Below are positions 1-10,953 of a DNA stretch of 30,581 nucleotides, one piece after another. Within the stretch, counting starts at the first letter, position 1. Each line of letters begins with the position of its first letter. The stretch covers positions 19,204,122 through 19,234,702 of the forward strand of contig OZ316895.1 in assembly GCA_973895155.1 (NCBI GenBank), given 5' to 3'. The translations under genes and the position numbers were made by a program. Source of the DNA: Marsupella aquatica. Lineage: Eukaryota; Plantae; Marchantiophyta. The notes under the pieces are model-generated. The model ran no database searches, was not told the DNA's origin, and saw only the letters and a program-made list of their open reading frames with translations.

Positions 1-2974
1 CACATAGTTGACAAACCCTCTTTTTCCTGTCAATATCCTTCCATCTCCCTTGTTCTACTTCAAGGTGGTGTGAGCTTAGTCTATACTGAGCAATAAGTTG
101 TCTAAGTTGTACTGAGATAGTGCTAGATAAGTATTCTTGTTCTCGATATTTCTTCATGGGGTTCACATCTCTCATGTAGTATTGCTGCCGTGGGCTAGGT
201 TCATGCCAAAGTTTGTGCAAAGCCTTTTGCTCAAGTTTTGCTCTTAGCTTGGTTGGGTGTGTTGGCCATTCATGTTCAGGAAAATCCCAAGCATGGGCCC
301 ACCTGCACACATCTGCATACCACCCTTTAGCTGAAGATGAGCGCAAGGCATGAAAAGGAAATCTGTTTTCCTCCAACTCTCTTACACGCATGATGTATTT
401 GAGTGTGTGGAAGAGTGCCTCCACCTCCAAAGGAAACAAGCCTGCCTCTGCAAGTGTAAGTGCATATGGGGTTTGTGACTTGATCCCAAGCTCCATCTCA
501 AGAAATAGCTTTTGCAGCCCCTCAATCTGTTGCCACCCAGATTTAGACACACCTGCTCCCCAAATTGGTGCTCCATAAAGAATGACTGGTTTCACCAAAG
601 CTCCAAAGAGATGTTTCCTTAACCTCCAAGTGTGTAGACCAGCTCTTTTGCATTTGTTCATGAATGCATAAAAAGCTCTGTACCCATTGGCAGCCCTAGA
701 TTTTACACATGAGGCCCAACTCAAGTTTTGAGAGAACTCCACCCCAAGGTATTTGTAGGTCCTCACAAATTCCACCAGATTCCCTTGGAAGTAGAGCTCT
801 GGATTTTGTCGTGTGCCAATGCCCAAACACTTGGTCTTCTTGAGGTTGACTACCATCCCTGTTGCTTGACAAAACTCCTCCAAGGCATTGAGATGTCTTT
901 GCAAAGCTTCTTGAGCATGAGCAAGTAGGACCACATCATCTGCAAATATAAGAAGTTGGAGGACAAACCTACCCAATTGAGTGCCAACTCCACCATGCTC
1001 CTCCAAAATGTTGTGTAGCTGATCAATGAAGATGCCAAAGAGAGTTGGTGAGAGAGGACAACCTTGGATCACCCCAAGAGTGCTCCAGATTTCTTCAGAG
1101 GTTTCCTTTGAAAGTTTGATGCGCACTTCTTGGTACAATTTAGAAACAGCCAACCTGAGCTCTTCAGGCACTTCCAACTCCACCATCCTATCCCAAAGCT
1201 TGGATCGGGAAACTTTGTCAAAGGCTTTGGAGAAGTCCACAAACAAGCAAAATAATGGTTTATGTGGAGATTTGGCCTTTTCACACAACACCCTCAAGCA
1301 GAGAATGTGATCCATAGTGCTGAATTCTCTCCTAAAACCTGCTTGTGAAGGTGCCCTTTTCATCTCACTCTCCAACCAAGAGCTTAATCTGGCTTCAAGT
1401 AGTCCTCCCAAAACTTTAGCAAAAGTATTGCCTACCATGATGGTTATGTAGTTGTGCACATCGTCCTTGTTGCCTGCCTTGAAGATAGGCACCACTCTTC
1501 TGGTCATCCAAGCTTTAGGTAAACCTAAAGCCATTGCTTGATTCAGCTCATGCACCAAGTTTGTTAGTAAAGAGGGTCCTCCCCACAAAAGAAGCTCCAA
1601 GTTCAGGCCCAACAGATCTTTAGCTTTCCCATGTTGCATGTGGGAAAGATGCACCTTCACCTCCCTCTCTGTAAACTGAATGGTGTCCCCAAGGGGCAAA
1701 GGCATGCCACTAGCATCTGGAAAGAAATACAAGGATGTGACATAGGTTACCAGGTCCTGGTGATCCAAGGGGGGAGTAGTCTTGCCTGATTGCATTCTCT
1801 CCCAAAAACGTTTTGGATGTTTGATGAACTCCTCACATAGTGATTGTTGATGACTCTTCAAGAAGCACCTCTTCTTGTGTTTGATGAAGTTCTTGTACAT
1901 AGTGAATGCCAAAAGTCTCTTTTCCCCTGAATGTGATCTTGCTTGCATCCTTGCTCTAGCACAATCCTCGTCAAACCAAGCCTTCATGTTTTGCTTTCTA
2001 GGGGGTTTGGTGGAGAAAGCAGAGGCTGCTGCTTGTGCTATGACTTCTGAGAGCTCAATCTGATCATCCAGGGTATGGAGAAGATGTTCAAAGTTGGCTT
2101 TGAAGATGACTTCTCTATCAGGGTCTAGAAACAGAGGTTTGGGTACTGGCTTTCTATGCACTTTGTTTGGGATTGTGGTCAGGTCAAGATGGAACAACAA
2201 AGGCAAGTGTGAAGACTCTGGTTGTTGATCAAGTATTTGAAAGTCAACCACTCTAGTGGCAGAGGTAGGTGAGGCAAGAAGGTAATCAATGGTACTACAT
2301 CCTTGTTTAGATCTAAAAGTGTAACCAGATGATTGGGGAAATCTCTCAAGCCCATTCAATATTCTTAGATTACAAGAAGCTCCCAAATGCAAAAAGTGAC
2401 GTGTCATGTCATTTGTTCTGGTGTCAAGAGCCTCTCTCACCCAAGGTATCTCTTCACTACATGATGACCAAGGTAAAGTTCCTAAGTTCTCACTTTCAGT
2501 AAATTGTTCATTAGATACCCTGGCATTAAAGTCCCCCACTATCCATGTCTCCCCTAGTGGTGATATATCATGAATGACTTGGATTAACCTATGAAATGGA
2601 TAATGTGCATCAGCAATTCCCATCTTATAGACATTCATATTAAGGGGAGCAAAGTAGGTGACAATCAGAAATGATGGAGTACCTCTGGTATGAAGTCTCA
2701 CCACCATGAACTGCTTGCTGGGATCTTCATGTTCAATAGAGGTGATGTGTTGAAGTTGATTCTTGGTGTAGACAGCAATGCCTCCAAACCCTCTTCCCCG
2801 TGTGGTCTTCTTCTCATTGAAGATGGATTGTATGCAAGTAAAGCCTTTAATGCTAGGTAGAGCATTTCCCTCATATTCCCAAGTCTCCGTGAAAAGCAAG
2901 ATGTCAAAATTCTCAAACAAAGGTTCCCCTCCAATTGCTGTTTCTATGGAAAGTCCTGAAACATTCCATGCCAT
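1..2974 (-). CDS. LINE ORF2: apurinic-type endonuclease + reverse transcriptase (about 990 codons visible, apparently uninterrupted)
   Basis: Manual translation: (LRV)MAWNVSGL..DILLFTETW (APE); QAGFRREFSTMDHI, FVDFSKAFD, GVIQGCPLSPTLFGIFI and LIFADDVVL (RT, FADD at about 935-946); RLSSHHLEVEQGRW..RVCQLC at the window edge. The ORF track lists nothing in this frame, which fits a frame with no stop before position 1. Confidence 0.93.
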   Translation of the reverse strand, partial: MAWNVSGLSIETAIGGEPLFENFDILLFTETWEYEGNALPSIKGFTCIQSIFNEKKTTRGRGFGGIAVYTKNQLQHITSIEHEDPSKQFMVVRLHTRGTPSFLIVTYFAPLNMNVYKMGIADAHYPFHRLIQVIHDISPLGETWIVGDFNARVSNEQFTESENLGTLPWSSCSEEIPWVREALDTRTNDMTRHFLHLGASCNLRILNGLERFPQSSGYTFRSKQGCSTIDYLLASPTSATRVVDFQILDQQPESSHLPLLFHLDLTTIPNKVHRKPVPKPLFLDPDREVIFKANFEHLLHTLDDQIELSEVIAQAAASAFSTKPPRKQNMKAWFDEDCARARMQARSHSGEKRLLAFTMYKNFIKHKKRCFLKSHQQSLCEEFIKHPKRFWERMQSGKTTPPLDHQDLVTYVTSLYFFPDASGMPLPLGDTIQFTEREVKVHLSHMQHGKAKDLLGLNLELLLWGGPSLLTNLVHELNQAMALGLPKAWMTRRVVPIFKAGNKDDVHNYITIMVGNTFAKVLGGLLEARLSSWLESEMKRAPSQAGFRREFSTMDHILCLRVLCEKAKSPHKPLFCLFVDFSKAFDKVSRSKLWDRMVELEVPEELRLAVSKLYQEVRIKLSKETSEEIWSTLGVIQGCPLSPTLFGIFIDQLHNILEEHGGVGTQLGRFVLQLLIFADDVVLLAHAQEALQRHLNALEEFCQATGMVVNLKKTKCLGIGTRQNPELYFQGNLVEFVRTYKYLGVEFSQNLSWASCVKSRAANGYRAFYAFMNKCKRAGLHTWRLRKHLFGALVKPVILYGAPIWGAGVSKSGWQQIEGLQKLFLEMELGIKSQTPYALTLAEAGLFPLEVEALFHTLKYIMRVRELEENRFPFHALRSSSAKGWYADVCRWAHAWDFPEHEWPTHPTKLRAKLEQKALHKLWHEPSPRQQYYMRDVNPMKKYREQEYLSSTISVQLRQLIAQYRLSSHHLEVEQGRWKDIDRKKRVCQLC

Positions 2975-2995
2975 GACTCTCAAGGTCCCAATCCA

Positions 2996-3764
2996 TCATT
3001 TAGAAACAACTCTCTTCTTATTGGTAACAACAGCTTGTCCATTGCGCAAGTAGGCTACCAATCCTTGGTCTTTGGCTACCCTCACCTTCTCAAGCTCAAT
3101 TTTCCTTGCTTGGACTTGTGTGGGAGTCAGATCATCATCCAACCAAATCCTTAGCCCTTTAAGCATGCTCCTGTTAGCCATCACTCTAGCTTTCTCGGAT
3201 TCAGCTGCAAACTTCACCAAGATTGGACGTGGAAGGTCCCCCTTCTTTTGCCCAATCCTATATGCTTGCAAAATGATAGGGTCATGCACTTTCATCTGAG
3301 ATTGGAAGAATGAAATTGCTACCTTCTTGGTGTCTTCCTTCTCCTCCTCAACAAGGCCTGATATTTTGCAGTTGCTGACTCTTGCATGCTGGTTCTTGTG
3401 TTCTTCTTCTAGTGCTCTCCTCTCCTCCTCCTTGGCTTGGACAAATTCCATATGTGATTGTTTTGCAGCCTGTGCAAAGGTTTTGAGCTTCTCCTCAATC
3501 TCCCCTACAGCAATGTATCACTGATTTCTCTGGGCACATACTCTTCTCCATGTCTCCAAAACACGATGCAAGCAATGAGAGTTGCTTACCATTCTCCTGA
3601 GTTTGAGATCGAAGATCACTAATCAACCTCTTTTGCTTGACATTCTCATTCTTTAGCTCCGTCACCTCCTTGCTGAGCGTGGTAATCTCAATTGCGGAGT
3701 TTTCAGCCACAACTAAGATTTTCTCAAGCAAAGCCTTGAGATGGGCAATCTCCTCCGTTGCCAT
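2996..3764 (-). pseudogene. LINE ORF1 (coiled-coil + L1-type RRM/CTD-like, consensus about 256 aa), frameshifted near 3512
   Basis: ORFs 3495-3767 and 2996-3451 join. Copy B reads CAT GAG GCT where copy A has CAT T GCT (net -2). The motif PRPILVKF..LKGLRIWLDDDLT is typical of this ORF1 type. Confidence 0.88.
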
Positions 3765-3771
3765 CACAAAG

Positions 3772-3849
3772 CTGAAACTGTTGTTAGAATGTACTCTTAG
3801 ACGACAAATAGAAATTGGGAGCAGTAGAGGATGTCAGTTGCAGCTCTAC
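3772..3849 (-). other. 78-bp GT-AG intron in the LINE 5'UTR
   Basis: Minus strand reads caaag|GTAGAG...CTAACaacagtttcAG|ctttgtgATG. Copy B reads caaag|ctttgtgATG, so exactly this segment is missing there. Confidence 0.8.
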
Positions 3850-4167
3850 CTTTGCCAGTGATACACTCTCGCTGTTTGCAACACTCTGCCAAAATCTGAG
3901 CTCAAACTGCAGCCGATTGCCCTTCCAACTCGAAGTGAAATTTCGCCCCAAGCTCAGAATCCCGAAACTAGACACGTAGCAGATCGCGCATGCTAAAGTG
4001 CATACCAAACGATGTTGGTTGCAGCTCTAACTTTGCCAGTGATACATTCTCGCTGTTTCCAATGCTCTGGCAAAGTCTGAGCTTAAACCGCAGCCAATTT
4101 CCCTTCCAACTCGAAGTGAAATTTCGCCCCATGCTCAGAATTGCGAAACTGGAGACGTAACAGATCG
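3829..4167 (-). repeat. About 1.9 tandem 181-bp monomers in the 5'UTR of LINE copy A
   Basis: Unit CGATCTGTTACGTCTCCAGTTTCGC...GCACTTTAGCATGCG recurs at 181-bp spacing; same unit as in copy B. Confidence 0.93.
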
Positions 4168-4569
4168 ACCTGTCCTTGTACAAGTCGACCTCCCTCTATT
4201 CATGAACGTCTTTCACCTTCAGTGAACTCTACAATTATCACTCAAAACCAAATCTGATTGATGAAGCAATCACCAGATTGCCACATCGGCGAATGTAATC
4301 CCGTCAAGATAGTTCTTCTTGAGTAGAAAGAGAAGAAAAAGACTTACTTTGCTTCCCAGACAAGACTGATCCATCTTTGGATGTGTCCTTCACCGGCATC
4401 TTCCAAGGTCTCCTCAATCTACTCCGGTCGACAATGGCAGCTACACCAAGAACAGCTTTCTCCATTGCCTCACATCCGCCAGCCTTTGCTTCTGCAGGAG
4501 CTAATTTGGACTCTGTAATGTACGACTCTGGTATCAAGCCTCAATTTATCATATGAAAGGCTGCCTTCT

Positions 4570-6698
4570 CTATTGTGTCAAATGTAGTGCCCATTTGTCT
4601 GATTCTAAATACCATGGACAGTGAAGGACTTCCCACTCACTCATCTTCCTTGGAGCCTCCACTCCCTCACATGGGTACATCGAGTACTCTCCATATTTAA
4701 CGGAGGTTGGATCCTCTTTCACCCCTACTATCCAAGGCAAGAAGCAAGCAGGATAGGACCACCAATATGTTTTGTCAGCAACTTCTCTATCCACAAAAAA
4801 ACCATATGTATATCGCTTTGCCCTCCTCCAAAAAAGTGAGATGTCAATCTTCTCACCCGACTTTGGTGGCCAAATCTGTTTGAAAAAATGAGATTTCACT
4901 CTCGTTTGGAAATCTTCAAAGTCCTCCTCTATGTCAAGGATCAGCGATGGCTTTGTCTTCTCAGACAAAGTAAGGATCCTTGCATCTGGAATAGTTGGGA
5001 TCAACTCTGAAATAATCTCAGACATGAGCAAAGAACAAATTGACTTGACCTGCTCCCATACAGCCCATCGGTGAAGCCAAAGTTTTGTTTCGCTGTCCGA
5101 GAATTGACCAGGGTGGAAGTACTTCTTGCAAAGCTCAGGTCTGCATTGTGCCTTGAGTAGTACACATCTGAGCTGCGGAGTCAACAAAGAGACACTCGTA
5201 AATAGCCTCGCACGATCGAGACCACATGACACATTACCCCTTCCTTTATCGTCTGTTCGTTGGGCCTCCTTCCTCTCATGTTTGCAGTAGATGTGCATCT
5301 CAACACACTTCTGGAAAAAGTCACCAAACTCAGGATTCAGGAGAGGTCCAATCTTTGGCACCTTCACATTCCAATCTGCTAGTTGCTCCTTCATCATGTC
5401 TTTCATAGCCATGTCTTGCGCAGCTTTTGAAAGAGGTTCTCCTTGCGCTTCTTTCAATTGGAACTTCTTCTTCAAATCTTCCATCTGCGCTGCAATATTA
5501 GCAGCAGACAGAATGTACGTGCAGGCATTGAGTGTCATGTTCTTCGAATACCAAGCCAGTTTCCTGATATTTGCCATCTTTTGCTGGAAAAGTTTGTAGT
5601 TGGCTGCATCAATGATATCTTTGTATACAGAAAGGTCATTGCTGAGCACCTTCTGGACTCGCTCTGCTTCGAGGACCCAAGAATTCTCAACATGACATTG
5701 AGTCAACTTGAACCAAAGAAACAGGTCAGCGAGATCGCTAACAAGAGGAACTAAAACAATTTTATATACAATTCACTGCTTGAAGGAAAAGAAACAAACC
5801 TATTCAATGCATGCATTGCCGACTCAATCTGCACAAATGAGTTCTTGTCACCCTTGAAAATTTGGCAAACAACTTGAGGATGATATTTGACATCATGTGG
5901 ATTCTCGTCCGCAAGCTACATCCATTAGTAGAGACGATGATTTCCATCAAAAACACAGAACATTTTGTCTTTCAAAATTTTGAAAGCTTCGTGAGAATCA
6001 CATTTTCTCTCAAATTCTTCATTCTAAAGAATCCACATGTCATCCCACGACTCTCGAATCACATCGTCGCACATCTGGACATGGCCATCTTTGTCGGTCA
6101 TTTGTACGTAAAATCGAGGCGCATCCTCGATGTATCCCCGCATCCGGAATTCATTCTTGAGTGTCTCGATTGCAGTCAAGTTTTTTTGCAAGGACCAAAC
6201 GATCTGCATGTTTCGCATTCTGCAAAGGGGAATCCTCGGAGGAGCGAGGGGGAATCCAAATTTGTCATTTCCAAATGGGAAACGATGGTGATTGATGACA
6301 ACAAAATAGGGTTCTGAAGCTCCAGATTGAAACGTAGGATTCACAACATCTACTTGGTTCACCATCTTCGGTCTCCTCGATGTTTTCAATCCCGCCTAGA
6401 GTGCCTTCTTGTTTGCTGTGGACCTTGTCTCCCTTTGGCTTGACTCGACTGACTTGAACGATCCTATTGATGACAAGCTCTCGGGTGAAGACAATGGCTC
6501 CATCAGCGGGTCCGTGAAGTGATAAGGGTACGAACAGGTCAAGGTCAAGGGTGACATGCTTTGCAAACGTAAAGAAACCCGAGAATCGATCATGCAGTCA
6601 AAGATAGAATTGTACCCTCGTCTGTTGCTTTCACCTGAATGCAGCGCCCGGTCATGAAAAGAGATACAGATATTCTGTACGACTCTCCTCACAATCAT
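4570..6698 (-). pseudogene. Intron-containing gene with a ParB/sulfiredoxin-like domain (VFDGNHRL); several premature stops; possible extra 3' coding at 4304-4537
   Basis: One frame runs 6698 to 5800 through stops at 6396, 6024 and about 5925 and 5916, reading ..KDKMFCVFDGNHRLY*WM*..YHPQVVCQIF..AMHALN (DGNHR at 5948-5934). An intron with donor at 5799 and acceptor at 5738 or about 5708 leads into the 378-aa ORF. Confidence 0.65.
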
Positions 6699-7178
6699 TT
6701 TTTAGACACCGTCAGGTATACATGTACTTCCGGAAATACGAAGAACCGAACTCACGACTGAAAGAAAAGTCTCTAATAACAGAGAGACATGTGTCCTGTC
6801 CTGTACCGTACCATTGACATATAGGTACCCGTTGACCAATTCCAACGGATATAAACGGTCATAATGGTCACTTACGAGAAACTATTTTTGCTAGCAACAT
6901 CGCTAGCCAAAAACTGGTCACTAAATCCATGAGCTCGTGAAGGTTGTTTGGTACGTTTTTGAACCATTTTACATGGTGATTGAGCTAGCGATCTTGCTAG
7001 CTTTATCATTCCGTAAATAGTTTCATATAAGACAAAATAATGGTCAGGTAACGGGAATAAGAGGCATTTATTAAATAAATACGTTGAGTCAAACACCAAC
7101 ACGAGCACGTTTCCTCATATGTATTTGGAGAAAGAAGAGAGCAAAGTATCTCACATTTGAGGATTGTTGTAGACTGTA

Positions 7179-9795
7179 ATGTCCAAAACTGTTAGCATGT
7201 CTTCTTTGGGGTCGAAGGTTGTGATCGAGAGAAAGAAGACGGGTGATGTTGTTGTTTTGGATGTTCTGGAGAATAATGTTATCTCTATGAAGGAGTCTTT
7301 CCTCTCATCGAGGTTTGGGCTTTTGGAAGATGATTTCATCTGGAAGTTGTTCCTTCTTTACTCTCGGAATGGATCCAAAAGTCACGAGGTGCCGGATAAT
7401 GGTTCAGGAATATTGCCAGAGAGAGCTTGGGACCTAAAGTGTGGTTCAGCAACAGAGCTTGTCTCTTGTAAGGATGACATTGCACATATCAATGTTTCAG
7501 ATCCAGAATTGCCGACTTGCCCGTCACTTGCAGTACCCAAAATTATCTACATCTCCCCTGAGAGTGTGGGTTGGGATCTCTCTTCTGTGTCGACGAAGTC
7601 TTCTGAGAAAGCCATTTTTGAAGCAGCGAGTCAAAACGAGTTTCAATCTCAGCTAGTTCTTTATCGAGTTAGTGCATATGATGCCTTCCTCAATATTACT
7701 GGGTCAAGCGAGTTGGCAAATTTCCGGAGGGGAAACGATTGGAAGGAGATTCAAGTGCAGACTTTGCCCACTTCATACAACGAAAACTGTGTTTTTGAGC
7801 TTCCTCCAATCGAAGGTCAATTTCGCCGAGGATATGGTCTTCAGGATATGGATAGGGATAATGACGGCTACCCATGGACAAGACTTCTCACAACTTCAGC
7901 TAATCTCAAACCTCGCAACCACTGGTCTGTGTCAAAAGTCAGATGTGCCGGTGTACTTGAATGTCAAAATCTGGTCTGTAGAAAGTTGAAGCACACCGGT
8001 TCAAAAAATGACTCTTCCTTCCGAGAAAAGGGACAATTTACTGAGCCATTTTCATCTTGGTGAGCTTGTGGAGGAAGGAGGGTTGGTGTGCGGATTCTGT
8101 GAGGAGAGGCCTCTCTGCATCCGCGAATGTCCGGCTAAACTTTTGTACGTCTATCCTAAGCCGTCTCTTGAGTCAAATGTTGTGAAACATATGTCTCGAT
8201 TGGCTGTTCATATGGGTTCCCATGACCACGTTGTTTGGAAAGGGAAATCTCGATTGGCAAAAAAGCAGGCGAAGGAGATAGTTTCTGGTGTTCATAAAGC
8301 AAATCCCGTGTGTATGTCAGGGCATGTTCTTAACAAGTCTATAGGAAACCTGGTTTCTCTTTTGCATCCAGAGTCTTCTTTAGAACTATCGAAAGAAGAA
8401 GAGAGAGAGATTTGGGAATCGATGAAGGTTGTGTCCACTGTTGAGAAATTCCAGGCCATATTCCAGAGCGTGAAAATGGATAACCCAAAAAAAGGTGAGT
8501 TGGATTCTCTTCGTGAGATGCAAGCCCGGAATAACTTTCCTTACGTTCAGAGGTACCTTTTCCCTAGCCAGGGGAGCAAGACCGATAGGGCTCATGTCTT
8601 CAAAATGAGTACCAATGGCCCAGGTTCTGGTGTCGATATTCTCAGGCAGATGAGGAGTGGAGGTGAGCTGGAAGGAGCATGGGTCAGTTCTGATGTAATG
8701 CGGAGAATAAGCACTGGGTGGCTGACATTCAGCGCCCATGTGTACGACCATAATTACAGGTCCCTTTGTACCATCTTCACTTGTGAGCTTCGTGCGGAGG
8801 ACTCCTTATCTCTCGAAACCGCATGGAGATATATGATTGAAGTTGCCTCTGATCATGACGTGCATGACCCACTCATTGGAGGATTTATTGCCGATAATGC
8901 TGAGGCTGGATGGATCGCCATTCGGAATGTTTTTTTGGAGGTGTCCGTCACCCAGAGAAGGAGCACAGTGACGCCTTTCACTTTGCTCAATCTCTTTGTC
9001 GTCACACATTGGAGGGTATTTGGGAAGATCGTCATCGGGAGCACTATAAATTGTGGGAAAGGCTGAGAATAGCACCAACATATGTTCAGGCATACCGAGT
9101 TGCTAACGAAATCCATCGTTGGTGGAAGGAAGGAAACTGCTATGCTAGGAAATTGAAATCTCTCCAAGGATGGATATCTTGGTGGGTCATGAGGTCCAGG
9201 CAGTGGGGGAACTTCATCCGCGTTGTAAGTGTCCTATTTCCTTTCTCTTTGACGTCATTGTTTTTTTGCTAGCGACCTCGCTGGCATATCAGGTCCGTTT
9301 CTGACTGTGGACTTTTTCACAGATGCAAACCGCAATGGAGTCAGCCTTGATGCCAAATTGTACTGGAGCGGAATCAGTCCATGCATCCATGAGATCCTGC
9401 CAAATGAAGAAACTAGTGGGATTGATTGAAGCATCTGAGGTGGACCAGAATCGTACTGCGGGGAAAAATTGTTGCTTTTACTGCCTATAGTGAAGGTGTT
9501 CACAGAGGCCAGGGGCTGACCATTTTGGAATTAGCATATAGGAACGCCGATGCTATGGGATCAATGGATGCTTACAAAAAGGCAGCAAATCTTTTGCTTG
9601 AGTCTTCAGCTAAGTATGAATTCTATAGAACAGTACCATTACATGGCGATATCCGAACAACATCCACAAAGAGGAAAGGGAAAGCTTCAGCTACAATCCA
9701 CGAGAATGACTCCCACAGACATGACAAAGTGTCACGCACAACAACTTCTCCTTCAGGTCTAAAAAGGCGTAATCTCTATCCTGAATTCCGCTTCG
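7179..9795 (+). pseudogene. Mutator-like (MULE-type DDE) transposase with GCM-like Zn DNA-binding domain, 5' part
   Basis: DGYPW..VRCAGVLEC...C..CGFC..ECPAK..HMGSHDH is GCM/WRKY-like. WVSSDVMRR (D1), GFIADNAEAGWIAIRNVF..DAFHF (D2 plus the CxxH-equivalent) and PNCTGAESVHAS (E, about 9371) form the triad. Intron gtaagt..cacag at 9225-9322. Frameshifts near 8020, 8935 and 9460. Confidence 0.75.
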
Positions 9796-9799
9796 TCAA

Positions 9800-10950
9800 T
9801 GTTTCGGAGCTACTTGGGAAGCTCAGAATTAAGGCTATTATGGGCCTGTGGGATGAGGCAACCCACTCTTGGAGACCGTTAACAGAAAGGTGGCACAAAC
9901 TACGTGGGTTTGACCTGGCTTACCGGGACCGCAGCAGGCTCTTTCTTCAAAAGATACGGGACCAAGCAAACTGTGACTGGGGATATAAACCAGGTGCAAG
10001 AATGTGGCGCTGGGCTGATGATCAGAGGTCTTCAACGTATTTTAAAATACCCAATCATCGCATTTACCAGATGCTGAGGCCAAAAGGGGCTGATTATCAG
10101 AGATGGAACAGGATATGGGGCTCAGAGTACACGGAGACACAATGGATGAAATGCTAGGCAAATCTATGGCGATCTGATCTTTCTACAAGGGCTAAAACCT
10201 TCATCTGGAGAATTATTGTGGGAGGTCTCTTCACGGGCTCCCGAGCTCTTACCATCGGGGCGGACTGGGGATCTGCTCCTTTTGCTTGGAACACCTGGAG
10301 ACGATCCCCCACCTTTTCTTTCACTGTCCATTTGCGTCCACATGCTGGAGTTTTGGGCTTGAAGTGGGACAGGGCTTTTTGTTCAGTTATGGACATGGTA
10401 TGCTGGATCTACTGGAGGCTTTTGTCGGACGAGCACATACCCACACTACTAGACTATTTCTAACGTATAAGCTACTATGGGCTCTATGGCTAGCACGGAA
10501 TGAACAGGTTTTAAAAAAACTGAATAAACGTGCTTTTGATTTTAAACTTGTGCTTTCAGAAACTGTTTCCAACCTGTTTGCTGTCAGCAGACGTTTCCCG
10601 CAGAGTAGGAAGTATGACAGACTGCAAAGAGCAAGGGATTGGCTGAACGCAGAACGACTGAGATTAAACTATAGAAATGACTTTAGGATTGTTCACTCTC
10701 AGAGACATAGGGACCAGGTTTAGAACAAAGTTCAGAAGATTATGCTGGTAATAGCACAAGGGTGATTGAGCATCAGGAAGATTGCTCCTTATGCTTGGAA
10801 TGGCACTGTTTATTGGATTGATGAGGTGGTTGTCTAGGACCATAGATTTTGACAACCACCCTTGTCGGGATGTGTATATAATATTCTGTCTGTGATGGAA
10901 CATTCCCTGTTTGCTCCCCCCCGCCGTGGGGTTTTTGCGGCTTATTTTAT
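9800..10950 (+). mobile_element. 5'-truncated L1-clade LINE fragment (zf-RVT C-terminus + 3'UTR) inserted in the transposase gene
   Basis: W..LWRSDLSTRAKTFIWRII..C..ETIPHLFFHCPFA..W..LLWALWLARN is the typical C-terminus of plant L1 ORF2. TGG-to-TAG change at 10155 and a frameshift near 10275. Boundaries are approximate. Confidence 0.8.
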
Positions 10951-10953
10951 TTT

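Larger units (their letters stand above)
1..4167 (-). mobile_element. Non-LTR retrotransposon (LINE) copy A, RTE-X/L2-CR1-group-like; 3' end runs off the window
   Basis: Layout is 181-bp 5' monomers, then coiled-coil/RRM-like ORF1, then ORF2 with APE, RT and C-terminal Cys/His motifs. Near-identical to copy B where the two overlap. Confidence 0.95.

Noticed and set aside
119-2873. Large ORF2 deletion in copy B as a splicing event
   Set aside because: The boundaries are not GT-AG and there are filler bases.
382-2934. Short ORFs listed over the LINE ORF2 region
   Set aside because: They are alternate-frame or antisense shadows of ORF2.
9426-10157. 243-aa ORF as a genuine gene
   Set aside because: It is a chance in-frame fusion of a transposase exon and the inserted L1 fragment.
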